64,000 nt of DNA from Arenicella sp. (GCA_023301745.1 JALZVW010000070.1:2427-66426); one strand, 5' to 3'; counted from the stretch's first letter, positions 1-9,357 are shown. Translations and numbers: made by a program. Notes: a model not told the origin generated them from the sequence alone.

Positions 1-2004
1 TTAACAATGGACAAAAACCTGAGCTATGACCTGCACAGCACGCTGTATTGGTTGCGCTTTGGTCACTACTCGCCCAAAGAGCTAGACGATGAGTATTCCT
101 CTCGAATATTCGATTCTTATATCAAAGTACTAGATCCTAACAAAGTCTACTTCACTCAAGAAGATATGGACGGTTTCGAAAAATACCGCACCAAACTTGA
201 TGATTTAATTAAAAAGCGTGACGTAGAAGTCGCTTTTGATATTTTCAAACTGTATCGCCAACGGCTTGATGAGCGTACAGAAACCATTCTTAGCTTAATT
301 GATACCGATTTCGACTTCACTAAAAGTGAGTCGATTAATATTGATCGAGATACCTATTCGTGGTCCCAGAACACTAAGGCAGTTAATGCCAAATGGTATA
401 AGCGCATTAAGAATGATACGCTTCAGCAGCTGATGGCGAAAACTGAAATTGAAGAAATACGCGCGAATTTGAAACGCCGATATAACCGTCAACGTGACGT
501 TATCTATCAATTAAAATCAGATGAAGTATTCGAATGGTTTATGAATTCATTCACTCGTGACCATGGCCCGCACACGACCTATATGTCACACGTTACTGCT
601 GAAAACTTTGAGATCAGCATGTCATTACAATTAACCGGCATTGGCGCGGCGCTAACGACCGATGAAGATTATACAGTTGTTAACCGTATTATTACTGGCG
701 GCCCGGCCGAGAAAAGCAACGCGATCAAAGCCGAAGACAAAATCGTCGCGGTTGGCCAAGAAGGCAAAGAGATGATTAACGTAATCGGCTGGCGCCTGAT
801 GGACGTGGTGCAAATGATTCGTGGTGACCTAGGCACTAAAGTGCGCCTTGATGTGCTGTCTGGTGCCAACGCTCCGGGCTCACCGCCTGAACGACTTGAG
901 TTAGTCCGTGATTTGATTAAATTGGATGACCAAGCGGTTAAGCTGAGTACTATTGAAGTACCTGATGGCGAGAACAAACACAATTACTCTGTGATTAGCA
1001 TTCCATCATTTTATTCAAACGCTGATCAAGTTCGAAATGGCGGCGGTGAGTTTGTCGCTACGACCCATGATGTCAATCAATTACTCAAAGACGTTAACGC
1101 CTCTGATTCCGAAGGGCTAATCTTAGACCTACGAGGCAATGGTGGCGGCTACTTGAATGAAGCCGTGAGCTTAACCGGGTTGTTTATCGACCAAGGCCCC
1201 GTGGTTCAAGTTGTTGGCTCACGCGCTAATCAACGACAAGTACATCGCGACCGTGACTCGAAGGTCGCTTACGATGGCCCGCTCGTCGTATTGATCGATC
1301 GTTATAGCGCCTCAGCATCAGAAATTTTCGCAGGCGCGCTGCAAGATTACGGCCGAGCATTAATCGTTGGAGAGCGTTCTTTCGGTAAAGGCACGGTGCA
1401 GTATCCAAAGTCCTTGCGTGACCGTAACAACGAACGCAAAAGCAAAATCAAATTCACCAATGCACAATTTTTTAGAATTAGTGGTAGCTCAACTCAGCAC
1501 CGAGGTGTGGTGCCTGACCTAGTTTTAAACGATGGCGAAGAAGACACCGAGTTTGGCGAGCGGTCATACGATAATGCATTACCATGGTCTAAAACCGAGG
1601 CGGCAAAATACGTGCCAGGGTCGTTTGATCAAACGATTTTGAATGCATTGAGCGCCAAGCACTTAGATAGATCAGAGAAATCTCCGGCGTTTAGCTTATT
1701 GCGTAAAAATTCTGAACGTGTAATGAGTAACAAAAACATCAAAAGCCTGTCTCTTAACTTAGATGAGCGGCAACTTGAGCGAGACCAACGAGAAAGCGAC
1801 TCAATGGGCAACCTTAACCAATACCGTGCGTCGCTAGGCCTAGAAGCGGTCAATGAAGAGACTCGCAAAGACAACCCGCTGCCAGATGAAGACGAGCACT
1901 GGAATATTGTCTACCACGCTGAAGCCGCTCGTATCTTGCACGATTACAATCAACGCAATAAAAACGTGATCACCAAAACGCTGGAAAGCACTCCCAATAG
2001 CTAA
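1..2004 (+). CDS. prc: Tail-specific (C-terminal processing) protease Prc, 5' end truncated by the window edge
   Basis: The reading frame is open to base 1, with no stop before the ATG at 7. It is collinear with E. coli Prc from roughly residue 40 onward, so the signal peptide lies upstream of the window. PDZ-region motif 'GIGAALTTDEDYTVVNRIITGGPA'; S41 catalytic-region motifs 'LDLRGNGGGYL' and 'SASASEIFAGALQDYGRALIVGERSFGKGTVQ'. Confidence 0.9.
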   Translation, partial: LTMDKNLSYDLHSTLYWLRFGHYSPKELDDEYSSRIFDSYIKVLDPNKVYFTQEDMDGFEKYRTKLDDLIKKRDVEVAFDIFKLYRQRLDERTETILSLIDTDFDFTKSESINIDRDTYSWSQNTKAVNAKWYKRIKNDTLQQLMAKTEIEEIRANLKRRYNRQRDVIYQLKSDEVFEWFMNSFTRDHGPHTTYMSHVTAENFEISMSLQLTGIGAALTTDEDYTVVNRIITGGPAEKSNAIKAEDKIVAVGQEGKEMINVIGWRLMDVVQMIRGDLGTKVRLDVLSGANAPGSPPERLELVRDLIKLDDQAVKLSTIEVPDGENKHNYSVISIPSFYSNADQVRNGGGEFVATTHDVNQLLKDVNASDSEGLILDLRGNGGGYLNEAVSLTGLFIDQGPVVQVVGSRANQRQVHRDRDSKVAYDGPLVVLIDRYSASASEIFAGALQDYGRALIVGERSFGKGTVQYPKSLRDRNNERKSKIKFTNAQFFRISGSSTQHRGVVPDLVLNDGEEDTEFGERSYDNALPWSKTEAAKYVPGSFDQTILNALSAKHLDRSEKSPAFSLLRKNSERVMSNKNIKSLSLNLDERQLERDQRESDSMGNLNQYRASLGLEAVNEETRKDNPLPDEDEHWNIVYHAEAARILHDYNQRNKNVITKTLESTPNS

Positions 2005-2031
2005 AAGGAGAGGACAACAGCTCGACAATTA

Positions 2032-2072
2032 TAGGCGACTAGAAGAAGCTCTAAGATGCTTCTAGTCGCCTA
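2032..2072 (+). terminator. Stem-loop downstream of prc (13-bp perfect stem AGGCGACTAGAAG/CTTCTAGTCGCCT, no U-tract)
   Basis: Inverted repeat read directly: TAGGCGACTAGAAG...CTTCTAGTCGCCTA, starting 28 nt after the prc stop. No T-run follows, so an intrinsic-terminator function is uncertain. Confidence 0.4.
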
Positions 2073-2136
2073 GACGGTCACATATATTGGCTTATACTTG
2101 ATGGCTAGCTAATCAATAGACAGCGCTCCACTGGCC

Positions 2137-4854
2137 ATGAAGTCAATTTTAGAAAAATCCAGAAAAATTTCGTTCCTCTCTCTTGCCCTAGCAATATCAA
2201 GCACCGGTGTCAGCATTCCTGTAAATGCTGAGATTCCCGTATTCGCCACTCAGATCAACGCTCAAAACGCGCATGCACTTATCAGTAATGGCCCCGATGC
2301 GATTGGCGGCATTGGAGATTGGTTCTTCACTAACGGTACTCTGTGCGGCATTGTCTCAGATGTCGACCATGAAGGGCAATTTTCAACCAAGGGCGGTTCG
2401 CTAGTTGACCTAGGTTTTTGTGGCCGAGCAGATGACCATTTCACGGCCACCCATGATTTATTACAAGGCAGTCGAAGACGGCCTCTCGACGCCAACAAAG
2501 TGAGCATCGAGCACAACGAGAAGTCTGCAACTGTTGTTGTTCAAGGAGCACGCGATGGCACAAAAATCACAAGCCGTTATACCTTAGGCTCCGACCAGCC
2601 CAGCCAAGTACACATCACCAAGAAGTTGTCTCAAACCGATGGCGAGAGTTTTAATTTTTTCTCGACACTGAACTTTAACTACCATTCCTTAGAGGCCTTT
2701 GTACTTAATAGCGAACAGCTTAATCTCAGTAACGGCTTTAAGGCTGAAGATTTTGTTTCTCGTGGCGTAAGTGCCATGAACGTCGCTGCACGCGACGCCG
2801 ACACCATAATCACCATGAGCCCTCCTACCGCAGAAGTGGGCATATCCTACGGTTGGCACTTAAAGTCGGCCGAGCGCGTTGAGGCCAATCACCGCGTTGA
2901 CCTGCCGCGTTTCATGCTGGCCGATGATTCATCCAATGCCATGATTATCTTGGCAGATACTTTTTACATCGGTGATGGAAGCCACGTAGGCTGGGTACAG
3001 TTGCCACAATTCCCCTTATTGTCTCTTGATGATGACTCCTCGATTGAAACGCATGAAATCATTTATGTTGGAAAGCGTGGAGATGTCGCATCAATAACCG
3101 ATCAACTCTTTGCTGACGCGCCGCTGGTTAAAGGAACCGTAAACGAAACTAATTCAGCGGTCCACGTATCATCGCAAGAAGGTATTCCGTTCACCCATGT
3201 TAGGCCCGACAACAACGGGAGCTTTTCTTTTCGCGCACCAAAAGGTCGGTATTCTTTGAATGTTCAAGGGACTGCCGAACGTATGGTCGAACGCCAATTA
3301 GAGGTCGACCAAACGCAAGTCACCTTAGAGCCCCTCGCTCTACCCAAGCCATCAAGCATAGAGCTACCTCAAGGCCACGCAATGCGATTACTCTTTGTCG
3401 GTATCAACGGAACCAAAAGCCCCGATTTCGCCAACATGCTTACCGGCTTCTCTGTTCAAGAAGACGATGGCATCCATTTTAGAGACCCTGTATCGAACGT
3501 GTTTCTAGCGGGTGTAGAAAGCGATGTTAAGCGCCTAGAGATTGGTCCTGGTGACTATCAAGTCTATGCGACCAAAGGGCCCGAATACTCGCTTGAGAAG
3601 ACAATCATTAAGGTAGCGCCACAAACCGACCTAGTTTTAAACATCGACATACCAACACAGGTGGTTAAGAGCCCAAATTATATCGCCAGTGATTTGCACG
3701 TTCATTCTGGCATTAGCTTTGACAACGCCTTTTCAGAAACCGAACGGGTGAGAACCTTTGTTGCGGAACATGGCGAGGTCATGGTCTCCAGCGAGCACGA
3801 TGTGCCAGTGGATTTTGCAGCCAGAATTTCGGCGCTTGGCGTATCAACGAAAATCACATCGATCGCCGCAGCCGAAGTCACCAGCTTACTACCAACCGAA
3901 CAAAATCAATTTACCGGAGGCCATACTAATTTTTTTCCTTATACGCCCAACCCACATGCCTATCGTCGAGGCATGGTCAATCATGAGGACAAACGGTTAC
4001 GCGACATCATTGATGAGATTAAAGAGCAGCAAGGAGACGACATATTAGTACAACTCAATCACGCCAGGATGACACTCGCGCTAAGCGGAGAGCTGCCAAA
4101 CAATTGGAAAGAATTAGTAGATGATGGTCATTTTCTCGACCATATGGGGCCGGCAAATCACCCGTATAACCCCGGTGAGCCACTGCACTCGCACCCCAAC
4201 AATGCCTTAATAGAGCCGCATAAAAAGACCGGTACGCGAGATTTAGATATCGATCTCTTTGAAGTTATTAACCCAAGTGATGGGCAAAACAATGAGCGCA
4301 TCCAAGCGCTTCGCCTAGATTGGCTCTCATTCCTCAAACAGGGTGAGAAAATAGTTGCCACCGCAAATAGTGACTCTCATCACGCCAATGAACAGGTCGC
4401 GCTGCCGCGAACTATGGTCGCGATGAAGGACGACCGAGTAGAACACTTTAAGCAAAGCGAGTTTCTAGCATCGCTAAAGTCAGGTAACGCCTATGGCACG
4501 ACGGGGCCTATCCTTGCAATAAGCCTCTCTGATGTTAATATGGGTGACACTTTTACAGGGCAACGCGGCCAACTATCACTCAAAATAGTGTCCGCCGATT
4601 GGATTCCAGTCACCAATGCGAAAATCCAGATCAACGGAGAAACTGTTGATGAGTATGAGTTAAACAGCGGCACCGAACACACTCTATTAATACCGTTGTC
4701 GTTTGATAAAGACTCGTTTGTCACCGTTGAGGTAAGCGGTCCAGCAACACAAGATTACCAGCGGGTGTACCCGGGTTTAGAACCTTATGCTTTTTCAAAC
4801 CCTATTTATGTCGACTTCGACGGTAACGGTAAATGGCAGGCTCCGGGCCTATAG
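2137..4854 (+). CDS. Secreted multidomain protein with a C-terminal PHP-type (CehA/McbA-like) metallohydrolase domain
   Basis: Sec-type signal peptide (MKSILEKSRKISFLSLALAISSTGVSIPVNA). The C-terminal third carries PHP-like metal-ligand motifs 'SDLHVHSGISFD', 'VSSEHD', 'LNHAR' and 'ANSDSHH'. The central 'GSFSFRAPKGRYSLNVQG' resembles a carboxypeptidase-regulatory-like beta-sandwich. The N-terminal ~500 aa are not recognised. Confidence 0.55.
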   Translation: MKSILEKSRKISFLSLALAISSTGVSIPVNAEIPVFATQINAQNAHALISNGPDAIGGIGDWFFTNGTLCGIVSDVDHEGQFSTKGGSLVDLGFCGRADDHFTATHDLLQGSRRRPLDANKVSIEHNEKSATVVVQGARDGTKITSRYTLGSDQPSQVHITKKLSQTDGESFNFFSTLNFNYHSLEAFVLNSEQLNLSNGFKAEDFVSRGVSAMNVAARDADTIITMSPPTAEVGISYGWHLKSAERVEANHRVDLPRFMLADDSSNAMIILADTFYIGDGSHVGWVQLPQFPLLSLDDDSSIETHEIIYVGKRGDVASITDQLFADAPLVKGTVNETNSAVHVSSQEGIPFTHVRPDNNGSFSFRAPKGRYSLNVQGTAERMVERQLEVDQTQVTLEPLALPKPSSIELPQGHAMRLLFVGINGTKSPDFANMLTGFSVQEDDGIHFRDPVSNVFLAGVESDVKRLEIGPGDYQVYATKGPEYSLEKTIIKVAPQTDLVLNIDIPTQVVKSPNYIASDLHVHSGISFDNAFSETERVRTFVAEHGEVMVSSEHDVPVDFAARISALGVSTKITSIAAAEVTSLLPTEQNQFTGGHTNFFPYTPNPHAYRRGMVNHEDKRLRDIIDEIKEQQGDDILVQLNHARMTLALSGELPNNWKELVDDGHFLDHMGPANHPYNPGEPLHSHPNNALIEPHKKTGTRDLDIDLFEVINPSDGQNNERIQALRLDWLSFLKQGEKIVATANSDSHHANEQVALPRTMVAMKDDRVEHFKQSEFLASLKSGNAYGTTGPILAISLSDVNMGDTFTGQRGQLSLKIVSADWIPVTNAKIQINGETVDEYELNSGTEHTLLIPLSFDKDSFVTVEVSGPATQDYQRVYPGLEPYAFSNPIYVDFDGNGKWQAPGL

Positions 4855-4927
4855 ATGGGCTAACGCTGTGCGATTTAGTTGTTCTGACGGTGCAATTTAA
4901 TGCCAACACTTTGACTTAAACCGACTT

Positions 4928-5887
4928 ATGAAAACCATAAAAATAGCCTCTGTACTTTTTCTCTTATGTGTTGGCTTTGCAACGCACGCTGAACCGCTAC
5001 CGACTAGCGCGCACCAAATTGATGAGAAATCGGCAATCGTGCTCGGCCAATCGTATCGTCTTCAGGTCTCGAATGCCGAGCGTCCTATTGAGATCAATGT
5101 GTACTTGCCTGACAGTTACGATAAAACAGATTCTAGTGTTGACGAGTCTAACCAAGCTCAAGAGACACAATACCCGGTGTTATACCTTATCGATGGCGGC
5201 AAAGATCAAGACTTCAAACAAATTTCGGGCTTGGGTGCACTTGCATCGATTAATCCCTATATTTTCCAAGAATTTATTGTTGTTGGCATCAAGACCCAAA
5301 ACAGGCGCTTTGAATTAACCAGTCTAAACCTTGATAAACGATATGACCGACCTGACGGTTATTTAGGTGGCGCCGACGAGTTTCGCTCGAAAATCAAAAA
5401 CGTCATACTTCCGTTTATTGAAGGTCAGTTTAGGACATCGTCTAAAAGAATAGTCGTAGGCGAATCGTTAGCCGGCTTATTCATCAGTGAAACCTTGCTT
5501 AAAACACCAGATCTTTTCACCGACTATATCGCAATCAGCCCTAGCCTTTGGTACGACGATAGACAGTTGGCAAAGCAAACGTCAGAACTTCTAAAAAAGC
5601 ATGACAACAGCACTAGAAACCTTTACATAACAATGGCAAATGAAGGTGGCACGATGCAAAAGGGTTTAGACGAAATGCTCGAAGCAATTAAAAAGTCAGG
5701 GTTAAAAAACCTTAAGACACGTTATGTAGACAGACGCGACAATGAGTTTCATTGGACAATTTATCATGATGCTGTGTCAGATGCGCTTCGCTGGATTCTA
5801 CCCAACCCTGGGCCAGACTATGCCGATGAAGAACTCCCTTGGTACTTGATAGATGGCGCCAACCCTCCAGACTGGAACCCCAAATAA
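4928..5887 (+). CDS. Secreted alpha/beta-hydrolase of the 'putative esterase' (esterase D / IroE-like) family
   Basis: Signal peptide MKTIKIASVLFLLCVGFATHA. 'YPVLYLIDGG' plus the nucleophile-elbow motif 'GESLAG' (GxSxG) are typical of this family. Confidence 0.65.
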   Translation: MKTIKIASVLFLLCVGFATHAEPLPTSAHQIDEKSAIVLGQSYRLQVSNAERPIEINVYLPDSYDKTDSSVDESNQAQETQYPVLYLIDGGKDQDFKQISGLGALASINPYIFQEFIVVGIKTQNRRFELTSLNLDKRYDRPDGYLGGADEFRSKIKNVILPFIEGQFRTSSKRIVVGESLAGLFISETLLKTPDLFTDYIAISPSLWYDDRQLAKQTSELLKKHDNSTRNLYITMANEGGTMQKGLDEMLEAIKKSGLKNLKTRYVDRRDNEFHWTIYHDAVSDALRWILPNPGPDYADEELPWYLIDGANPPDWNPK

Positions 5888-6030
5888 AAAGCGCTCAATG
5901 AATTTAATACTAAGCTAAAAGCGTCGCCAAGCAAGAAAACTCTGTATTTCACAACGTCAAGTAGCTCAATATAGTCTAATCGAGGTTAGACAGTTCATTA
6001 TTAACTCAACAAAAAAATGAAGGTATTAAT

Positions 6031-6405
6031 ATGCTTGGATACACGACTATTGGCACTAAAAATCTAGAGAAGGCGACTGAATTTTATGACGCACTTTTAG
6101 AACAAATTGGCGGAAAACAACTGATGGGCCTAGATCGCATTAAATTTTATGGCACCGAAGAAGGCGGTGCGATGCTGGCGGTCTGCACCCCTGCTGACGA
6201 GGGTGAGCAAAGCTGCGGCAATGGCCAAATGATCGCCATTTCGGGAGGGTCTCCCGAAGGTGCTGACGCTCTTTACAACAAGGCAATCGAGTTAGGTGCG
6301 ACCGATGCCGGCGCACCCGGCCAACGCATGCCATTTTTCTACGGTGCTTATGTATACGACCTCGATGGCAATAAAATTGCGTTTTACCACATGACTCCTG
6401 CTTAA
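6031..6405 (+). CDS. VOC (glyoxalase/bleomycin-resistance/dioxygenase) family protein
   Basis: 124 aa. 'MLGYTTIGTKNLEKATEFYDALL' and the C-terminal 'GAYVYDLDGNKIAF' match the paired beta-alpha-beta-beta-beta VOC fold pattern. A purine-rich stretch lies upstream of the ATG. Confidence 0.7.
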   Translation: MLGYTTIGTKNLEKATEFYDALLEQIGGKQLMGLDRIKFYGTEEGGAMLAVCTPADEGEQSCGNGQMIAISGGSPEGADALYNKAIELGATDAGAPGQRMPFFYGAYVYDLDGNKIAFYHMTPA

Positions 6406-6447
6406 GTTTTACGGCTCGTTGTAAAGCCGAACAATCGAGTTATAAGC

Positions 6448-6476
6448 AAAGCGCCAGCACTAGAGCTGGCGTTTTT
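6448..6476 (+). terminator. Rho-independent terminator between the convergent VOC and OmpA-like genes
   Basis: Hairpin CGCCAGC-ACTAGA-GCTGGCG followed by TTTTT. An A-run precedes it, so it could act on both strands. Confidence 0.6.
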
Positions 6477-6498
6477 ATGCCCATCGACAATCTAAATC

Positions 6499-7173
6499 TT
6501 AGATAGAAATAGGAACCAAAACAATTTCAACTCGGCGATTCTGGCTACGCCCTTGACCCGTGTTATTACTGGCGACTGGGTAAGCCTCACCATGCCCATA
6601 AGTTTCTAAGCGCAACGGTTTGACACCCCGACTCAGAAAGTACTGCGACACCGAAGCTGCCCGCCTTTCTGAAAGCTGTTGATTGTGCCCAGTTGAACCA
6701 CTGCTATCTGTGTGCCCCATGATTTCGATCAGTGTTTTATCATACTCTTTGACAACCAAATTAACCGAATTGAGCACCTGAAAAAAATCACCGCTAATAC
6801 TAGCGCTATCGACTCCAAATGTAATATTTGACGGCATATTGAGCACAATATGATCGCCTTGACGGGTGACACTCACCCCTGAACCGGCTAGTTTTTGTCG
6901 CAACTTAGCTTCTTGCACATCCATATAATAGCCGACTGAACCGCCTGCTAGCGCCCCGAGCCCAGCGCCAATCAGCGCACGCTTACGTCGTTCACGGCTA
7001 TCATCACCACTAATAAGGCCGATCACCGCACCCGCTAAAGCCCCAACGCCTGCACCGATGGTCGCCTTACTTGTTTGACTTTCGTTGGTGTAAGGATTAA
7101 CCGTTGTGCATGCGCTCAAAGCGAACGATGAGGCAAGCACGGCGACCGTGTGGCGTGTATATTTGAGCATCAA
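6499..7173 (-). CDS. OmpA-family lipoprotein with a glycine-zipper region (YiaD-like)
   Basis: Lipobox 'FALSAC'. Gly-zipper 'GAGVGALAGAVIGLISG...GAGLGALAGGSVG'. C-terminal OmpA peptidoglycan-binding motif 'GHTDSSGSTGHNQQLSERRAASVSQYFLSRGV...NRRVEIVL'. Confidence 0.8.
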   Translation of the reverse strand: MMLKYTRHTVAVLASSFALSACTTVNPYTNESQTSKATIGAGVGALAGAVIGLISGDDSRERRKRALIGAGLGALAGGSVGYYMDVQEAKLRQKLAGSGVSVTRQGDHIVLNMPSNITFGVDSASISGDFFQVLNSVNLVVKEYDKTLIEIMGHTDSSGSTGHNQQLSERRAASVSQYFLSRGVKPLRLETYGHGEAYPVASNNTGQGRSQNRRVEIVLVPISI

Positions 7174-7396
7174 AACTGTTCCTAAAAATTATTGTGGCCC
7201 TTATTATATCTTTATTGTCGAACACTAGAGGCCGCCAAGTAAAATTATAAGGAAACGGTAACAGTTATACGAAAAACGTCGTCAGAGGCATCGGCGGTAA
7301 GCAAGAACCGCCGATCATGAATGCACTTAAAAATGACAGTTCAGTTTGAAAGATCACCATGGATGGCACCTATGCGAACAATCAAAAACCAGAGCA

Positions 7397-8422
7397 CTAT
7401 TTATACTTTGAGTTGTTTTCGGCACTAGCAAGGCCATTTTGGAAACGAGATAAGCTCGAGAATAAACCGCCCAACAATTTATCTTGAAGCCCCACTTTTA
7501 TCTCGATACTGATCTCGTAAATATCAAATTCTTCTAGAGCGTTAATAAGATACTCATCACTGGTAATTAACTCATCGACTAGATTCAATTCAAGGGCTTG
7601 CTTTCCATACCAATGCTCACCGGTTGAGACCTTATCGATGTCTAGTTTAGATCGATTTTCGGAAACGAAATCTCGAAAGAGTACGTGTGTTTCTTGTAGC
7701 TCGAGCTTCAATTTCTCACGTTCTTTTTCACCATTCTCACCGAACATTGTCACTGTGCGCTTGTACTCACCGGCCGTATGTTGCTCCCAGTCGACACCAA
7801 CTTTATCTAACAATCGATGGAAGTTTGGCAACTGTGCCAGAACCCCGATCGAGCCGAGAATGGCGAACGGCGCAGCAACGATTTTGTCGGCGACACAAGC
7901 CATCATGTAGCCACCACTGGCGGCAACCTTATCAACCGATATTGTAAAATTAAGGTTCGCGTCCTTAATGCGTAACAATTGTGATGCCGCAAGACCGTGC
8001 TCATGAACAACTCCGCCGGAGTTATCCAATTTCATAAGAACTTCATCTTGAGGCTCTGCGATCGACAAAAGAGCGGTCACCTCTTCTCGCATGGTTTCGA
8101 CTTCAGAGGCTCGAATATCGCCTTCAAAATCGAGCACAAAAAGCTTAGGACGAGCCTTTACAACCTTGGCCGATTTTTTTTCTTTCTTCGACTCTTTAGA
8201 TTCCGACTTCAATAATGCCTTATGGGCCTTCTTATCCATCACAGACTGTTGGACGGTGGATCGTAACTCATTGTACTTATCGTTAAGATTCGTAATTTTT
8301 AAGCTCGAACCATCTTCTTTTTTGCGCGCACCTCCTATAATTGCCATAGCAAAAATTAATGCCACTAAGCCAGTAACAACCTTGGCGATAAAAAGACCAT
8401 AAGAAAATAAAAATTCAGACAT
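7397..8422 (-). CDS. sohB: Inner-membrane peptidase SohB (S49 family)
   Basis: Collinear with E. coli SohB along its whole length, e.g. 'YGLFIAKVVTGLVA', 'DKVAASGGYMMACVADKIVAAPFAILGSIGV' and 'VSTGEHWYGKQALELNLVDEL'. Confidence 0.85.
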   Translation of the reverse strand: MSEFLFSYGLFIAKVVTGLVALIFAMAIIGGARKKEDGSSLKITNLNDKYNELRSTVQQSVMDKKAHKALLKSESKESKKEKKSAKVVKARPKLFVLDFEGDIRASEVETMREEVTALLSIAEPQDEVLMKLDNSGGVVHEHGLAASQLLRIKDANLNFTISVDKVAASGGYMMACVADKIVAAPFAILGSIGVLAQLPNFHRLLDKVGVDWEQHTAGEYKRTVTMFGENGEKEREKLKLELQETHVLFRDFVSENRSKLDIDKVSTGEHWYGKQALELNLVDELITSDEYLINALEEFDIYEISIEIKVGLQDKLLGGLFSSLSRFQNGLASAENNSKYK

Positions 8423-8687
8423 GAGTTAGTAATCAAAGTGTACGTAAATAGCCGCGTATTATACCGAGCTATCCTATCGTTGCACCATCAGTAGTGCGTT
8501 TACTTGACATTTAGCGTTGCTTAACTATAGTTGGAGTCCACTTGTTCGTAACAAAGCCAGTATTCAATACACCCTTTTGTCAGCAAGTAAAAAGGCAGTA
8601 TCAAAAAAACCTAAGTTCAATGATAGTTTTACAACGAATTTAATAACGAATACCACAACCAGTCTCAACACCAGAGAGAGGAATAAA

Positions 8688-9338
8688 ATGGCCGCAGCTA
8701 AGTCAAAGAAGAAAGCGAAGAAGATAGCCAAGAAGGCAGAAATTAAAAAAAACACGGCGACAGCCGCGGTCAAAAAAGTAGCTAAAAAGGTTACCAAGAA
8801 AGCCGCTGTCAAAAAAGTAGCCAAAAAGGTTACTAAGAAAGCCGCTGTCAAAAAAGTAGCTAAAAAAGTTGCTAAGAAAGCCGCCGTTAAAAAAGTAGCT
8901 AAAAAGGTTACTAAGAAAGCCGCCGTCAAAAAAGTAGCCAAAAAGGTTACTAAGAAAGCCGCCGTCAAAAAAGTAGCCAAAAAGGTTACTAAGAAAGCCG
9001 CGGTCAAAAAAGCAGCCAAAAAGGTTGCTAAAAAAGCCGCCGTCAAAAAAGTAGCTAAAAAGGTTACTAAGAAAGCCGCGGTCAAAAAAGTAGCTAAAAA
9101 GGTTACCAAGAAAGCCGCGGTCAAAAAAGCAGCCAAAAAGGTTACTAAGAAAGCCGCGGTCAAAAAAGCAGCCAAAAAGGTTGCTAAGAAAGCCGCCGTC
9201 AAAAAAGTAGCTAAAAAGGTTACTAAGAAAGCCGCGGTCAAAAAAGTAGCTAAAAAGGTTACCAAGAAAGCTGCTGTCAAAAAAGTAGCTAAGAAGAAAG
9301 CTAAAAAAGCAGGTTTAAGCATTCCAAAACCGTTTTAA
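8688..9338 (+). CDS. Histone H1-like Lys/Ala-rich repeat protein (AlgP/Hc2/BpH-like nucleoid-type basic protein)
   Basis: The ATG at 8688 is preceded by GAGAGAGGAA, whereas the tracked ORF start at 8517 has no such support. The 216-aa product is about 25 aa followed by 13 copies of AAVKK(V/A)AKKV(T/A)KK and a degenerate 14th. A strong terminator follows. Confidence 0.75.
   Translation: MAAAKSKKKAKKIAKKAEIKKNTATAAVKKVAKKVTKKAAVKKVAKKVTKKAAVKKVAKKVAKKAAVKKVAKKVTKKAAVKKVAKKVTKKAAVKKVAKKVTKKAAVKKAAKKVAKKAAVKKVAKKVTKKAAVKKVAKKVTKKAAVKKAAKKVTKKAAVKKAAKKVAKKAAVKKVAKKVTKKAAVKKVAKKVTKKAAVKKVAKKKAKKAGLSIPKPF
8763..9308 (+). repeat. Tandem array of 39-bp (13-codon) in-frame repeats: 13 near-identical units plus 1 degenerate unit
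   Basis: Units read directly, e.g. GCCGCGGTCAAAAAAGTAGCTAAAAAGGTTACCAAGAAA. They differ only at a few mostly synonymous or V/A and T/A positions. Units 7-9 (8997-9113) and 11-13 (9153-9269) differ at 1 nt. Confidence 0.95.
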
Positions 9339-9357
9339 GCGGCTATCCCATCATGAG

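Noticed and set aside
4968-5318. Nested or out-of-frame ORFs inside larger genes, e.g. 4968..5318, 295..510, 669..983, 29784..30050, 35275..35505, 53594..53851 and many others in the track
   Set aside because: Each is fully contained in a longer ORF with clear family motifs. They are typical shadow frames with no independent translation signals.
8517-8687. 57-codon N-terminal extension of the Lys/Ala-rich ORF (tracked start at 8517)
   Set aside because: The extension has no RBS and an unrelated composition. The internal ATG at 8688 follows GAGAGAGGAA at the proper spacing.
8763-9308. A regular 39-bp repeat array that superficially resembles a CRISPR array
   Set aside because: The units are directly adjacent with no spacers and are in frame within a CDS. 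They are not palindromic, and no cas genes are present in the window.
8564-9322. 252-aa antisense ORF ('FLATFLTAAFLV...' repeats) opposite the Lys/Ala-rich gene
   Set aside because: It is the mirror image of the 39-bp repeat array. It stays open only because AAG/AAA-rich codons have no stop in the complementary frame. It has no RBS or independent signals, and the sense gene has a Shine-Dalgarno sequence and a terminator.
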